From Lama glama (lineage: Eukaryota): a stretch of DNA of 63,551 bases. The notes beneath the pieces are model-generated. The model did not search any database. It saw only the letters and a program-made list of their open reading frames with translations, and was not told the DNA's origin. The first letter of the stretch is position 1, and every line of letters starts with the position of its first letter. Shown here piece after piece: positions 60,151-63,551 of this stretch. The stretch covers positions 59,150,450 through 59,214,000 of the forward strand of contig CM052816.1 of assembly GCA_028534125.1 (NCBI GenBank), given 5' to 3'. The translations under genes and the position numbers were made by a program.

Positions 60151-61649
60151 ACTGGGTTTTCACCCCGAGTTGTCCCTTTAGCTAGGTACCTCTGTGTAGG
60201 ACACAACCTGCCCCACTGTTTCTGATGACCCTGATCATCCGCCAGCATCAAGACTTCTGCCTCTCTTTCTCTCTCTACTAGAAGAAGTCAGAAAAGAAGA
60301 AAAGCAAGTGATAAACACTGCTTTTTCTTAAATGAATCCACTGACCTAGTCCATGTCTCTTGTTCAACAGGATATTTACCATCTCAATCTGAAGCACCTG
60401 TCTCTAGGTCACTCCATTTGTTCAGAGCTTCCTCAGAAAGAACATTTTCACTATTTTCCTGCTTGAGAGAGACTTTGCTTTAAACACCAATTCCATTTCC
60501 ACCTTCGCAGCTACCAGGACTTTAGGAAATCTGGGACCCCATACTTAATGGAGATTCTTCACCAGTTGATTCCTGCCCATTGACAGTTGGTGGTCTAATT
60601 TTCCCGGCACATTTCAATTGACCGTCTGTGTGTTCTGAAGCTCCTTCATAAAGTTCAAATTTAGTGTTGATTTGGGTCTAGTTGATCTGTTGTTGCCTTG
60701 AACCTCTCCTTTGGTTAGGGGGAAAAGCATAGTAAAATCTCAGTCCTGACTTTTCCTGCCAACTCTGGACCCCAGGTCTAAAGGAAACATGACAGTGCCA
60801 GTCATATCCAGAGGTATTCAAAGAGGAACAGGTTCCCTGAGGAGGTGTGAAAAGTCCGTAGACAGGTGGTCAAGGGTAATGTGGTTGAATTTGTAAATTT
60901 CTAAACTTCCCAAAATGTCCTCCTTACCAAACTGCCTCAACTCCAGTTCCCACACTCTGTTTTGTGTTCTCTATCCCAACTAAGCATGGGATTTCCTTCT
61001 CTCACCTCAGAACCTCCCCTCATGTGCTCTTCCCTGCTCTCTGCCAAGCACATCCTTCAAACCATCACTCAGGATGGTCCTCCTCAAGCTTGGCACATAC
61101 TACACCACCCTCCCTTTCCTCACCCTGTTCCACCCAACTCTTCCTTGGCACTTGTATATGGCTCTGTCCAACTGTCCATCACCTTTCCCCTTTACTGCTG
61201 GCTCTTCTGGTTCATCAGGACATGATACAGCTCACCAAAGGGGCGACAGGGTCTTCTGCACCCTCAGGAACTCCCCATTATGTATTGTGTAACTCATTGC
61301 ACAGAATAGATCATCTGTAAATCAGGCCGCTGCAGGTTTAAGATGAAAGTTTTCTCTTCAGCACGCTCAATTTTCTAGGCAATTTGCATTTGAGACTGCA
61401 AAGCAGTGGGTGTGTAACTGGCTCCAACCTTCTCTGGGTGGTGATGCAATCGTCGGGAGGCCATCTGTGTTTCCTCCATCTGTTGAGGCTTCTCTGCGCC
61501 TAAGCAAGTGTAATAAACCAGCTAAAGCCTCGCCTTTCTGAGAAGGCCTCTCAAAACAAACCACTCCTCTTACAGAGTCCACTGACTCGGAGTGTCCAGA
61601 GCTGTAGAGACATAGACCACAGTTCCACACATGTGCCAATCAAGAATGG

Positions 61650-61790
61650 CAGAACCTCCAAGCCTCAGTTCCCTGATTAGTAAAATGGAATAATTACATA
61701 GTCTTCATAAGTTTGATGTGAGGATTATGTGAGAAAACGTATAACGAAACTCTTTGCACTTGGCAGGTGCTCAGTGTTATTAATTCTCCA
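61650..61790 (+). mobile_element. MIR SINE
   Basis: aacctccaagcctcagttccctgattagtaaaatggaataat...tgtgaggattatgtgag...caggtgctcagt. Confidence 0.8.
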
Positions 61791-62444
61791 CCCTTCCCAT
61801 CACATTCTCATGCAAGGATAAGTCATTGTTCATTCGCACAAAATCTCAGTTCCCCTCCAGTATTGTGAGCCCCTCCAGGACAAAAGTTGCAATGATTTGG
61901 CTTTACATAAGGAAGAGTAGGGTGACAGAAGGAACAGAAAATGACCTTGGTCATGGACCTGTCTTTTATCATCTGTGTGCCTGTGGACTGGATCACCTGT
62001 CAATGAAACGGGGGGGTTGGTTTAGAGGACTGCTAAGATCTATGTGTCTAACCTAAATCCCCTAAAGACTTGGTTAATGGGCACCCAGGAAGTGATACCC
62101 AAGACTTTTTAAATAGGTGAATAGGAGAATGGCTGGTGTTTTGATGGCATTGTGGTCACACTGGGCATTCCCTCCATGTGGGCTCATTCAAGCTGGACAG
62201 ACTAGAGAGCTTGATCATGCTGCAGCTTCTCAAGCCCACAGAGAGAAGGTGTCCCTTAGAACAGAAGCCCCACTCCAAATTCTGCAAGCCAGACAAGCAA
62301 CTCACATGAATACATGCACTCCCCTACACCCCATCCATTCAGCTGTCCAGCAAGAATGACATGAGGATGTGGGTGGAATGAGAGATAGAGAGATAGGAGT
62401 ATAAATTCAAGCTCTGCAATTTCCCTTTTGTTTTACCCCCACAG

Positions 62445-62473
62445 CGGATGCTGGAAGCTAGGGTACACCACTG
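62445..62473 (+). other. Micro-exon-like segment (29 nt), unverified
   Basis: Acceptor tttcccttttgttttacccccacag and donor CTG|GTGAGC. Splice signals only. Confidence 0.18.
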
Positions 62474-63551
62474 GTGAGCAAATGTTTGGTATCTTCCCCA
62501 CCCACTAATGGTGTAATGAAGATCAGTGTTGATGCTGAGAATTGCTTTGAGATTAGCATGTAAAAAATGCTGTATGGGTCAGATTGTAAAATTGCCAGTT
62601 CTGTGACCACATCTTTATATAAAGAGAAAGGTTTTTCCCTGTCTCACACCATTTATTTAAATTTATACAAAACCTGATAAATTCATTATATGATCAATCA
62701 ATTTAGATGGTACTTTTGAGCCTATATTACACAAAGCTGGGATGAAGGTTCCTATTCTTGGCACCATCACAAGAATATCACAAGAATTTATTTCTGACGA
62801 GCTTGTCTGGATCTTTCTTTAAGAATGCTAAGACACAGGATCATTCCAATGCAACATCATTGCTGGCTCTAAGACCAGGAACTTCAAACAATACACGGTT
62901 TTATAATTAATTGAAATTGGCCAAAGGTCAAACTAGTGGGAGGAAGGGATTAGAAATCAGTCACTAAAGGGAAATGAACTGTCCAGCTCAAAAGATGAGC
63001 TAACCTACCAGTGGTCCTAACCTCCCCATTTCAGCACTGTCCTTATTGGGAAATCTGGACTGGAAGGCAGTAAGGTAAAGAGAGGTAACTCATTCTAAAA
63101 TATGAGCTCCTGGCGATTTTCAATTTTCACAGATTCTTTAGTTTAAGGATTTGCAGAAGAACTTGGAAACAGATGTTATGAAGACTGCCAACTCCAGTGC
63201 ACCGCAGTGTCACTCATACATCCTGCTTCATCAGTGTGGAGTATGAAATAACCTCACAATACTTTGAAAGTTCAATTTATAATAACTCCAATCCCCTGTT
63301 CTCACTGAGAGGAGAAGTCTATACTTTCTTTCCTGACCATTGCTCATGAGAAGACTGAGAACCCACGTCCACAGAGGACAAGACAATCACTCATGGAAGA
63401 AGATGATGGTGCTTGCTGTGTCTCTACTGAAAGCATTTGTCCATCAGTCCAGACAAGCAGAAGAGCTGCTGCCACCAACCATCTGGCGTCGGGGACATTG
63501 GCAGGGCAGAGTGCTTCTCCCTGGAGTGCCATGTTCCACTCAGTCAGGAGA

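Noticed and set aside
928..61324. Window-wide enrichment of PBX-HOX TGATTTAY sites
   Set aside because: The handful noticed is about what chance would give in 63 kb of AT-rich DNA.
1..63551. A novel multi-gene, prokaryote-style system (operon, CRISPR array, defence island)
   Set aside because: The sequence is repeat-rich mammalian DNA with no long ORFs, no gene-dense organisation and no regularly spaced repeat-spacer array.
1..63551. Short ORFs (60-181 aa) in the supplied track as genes
   Set aside because: Their lengths fit random open frames, many lie in repeats, and only the L1 ORF2 pieces resemble a protein I recognise.
1..63551. Inferring a plus-strand host gene from the antisense excess of L1s, or naming the locus
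   Set aside because: The strand excess is modest with few elements, and no exon or landmark identifies the gene or chromosome.

Overview
Mammalian non-coding DNA (intergenic or deep intronic), probably from a camelid. The lineage call is an inference from one tRNA-Ala-derived Vic-1-like SINE and several cetartiodactyl-type L1 3' ends; I saw no Alu, B1/B2, Bov-A/BovB or PRE1 elements. No intact cellular protein-coding gene, rRNA, functional tRNA or CRISPR array is supported. The only recognisable protein fragments in the ORF track are decayed LINE-1 ORF2 pieces (about 18.3-23.3 kb and 3.9-4.1 kb). Much of the window is interspersed repeat: L1, L2, MIR, MaLR/ERVL solo LTRs, and hAT and Tigger MITEs. 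Family names come from recalled consensus motifs, not from an alignment, and most boundaries are approximate unless a target-site duplication (TSD) is given. The best-supported structure is a three-level nested insertion (MIR > old L1 ORF2 fragment with no 3' UTR or poly(A) but a perfect 17-bp TSD > younger antisense L1). Weaker observations are a small GC/CpG-rich, G4-forming element at about 10.2-11 kb, several repeat-free motif-dense blocks that may be enhancers, and a few plus-strand exon-like segments. I found no evidence for a new multi-gene biological system.
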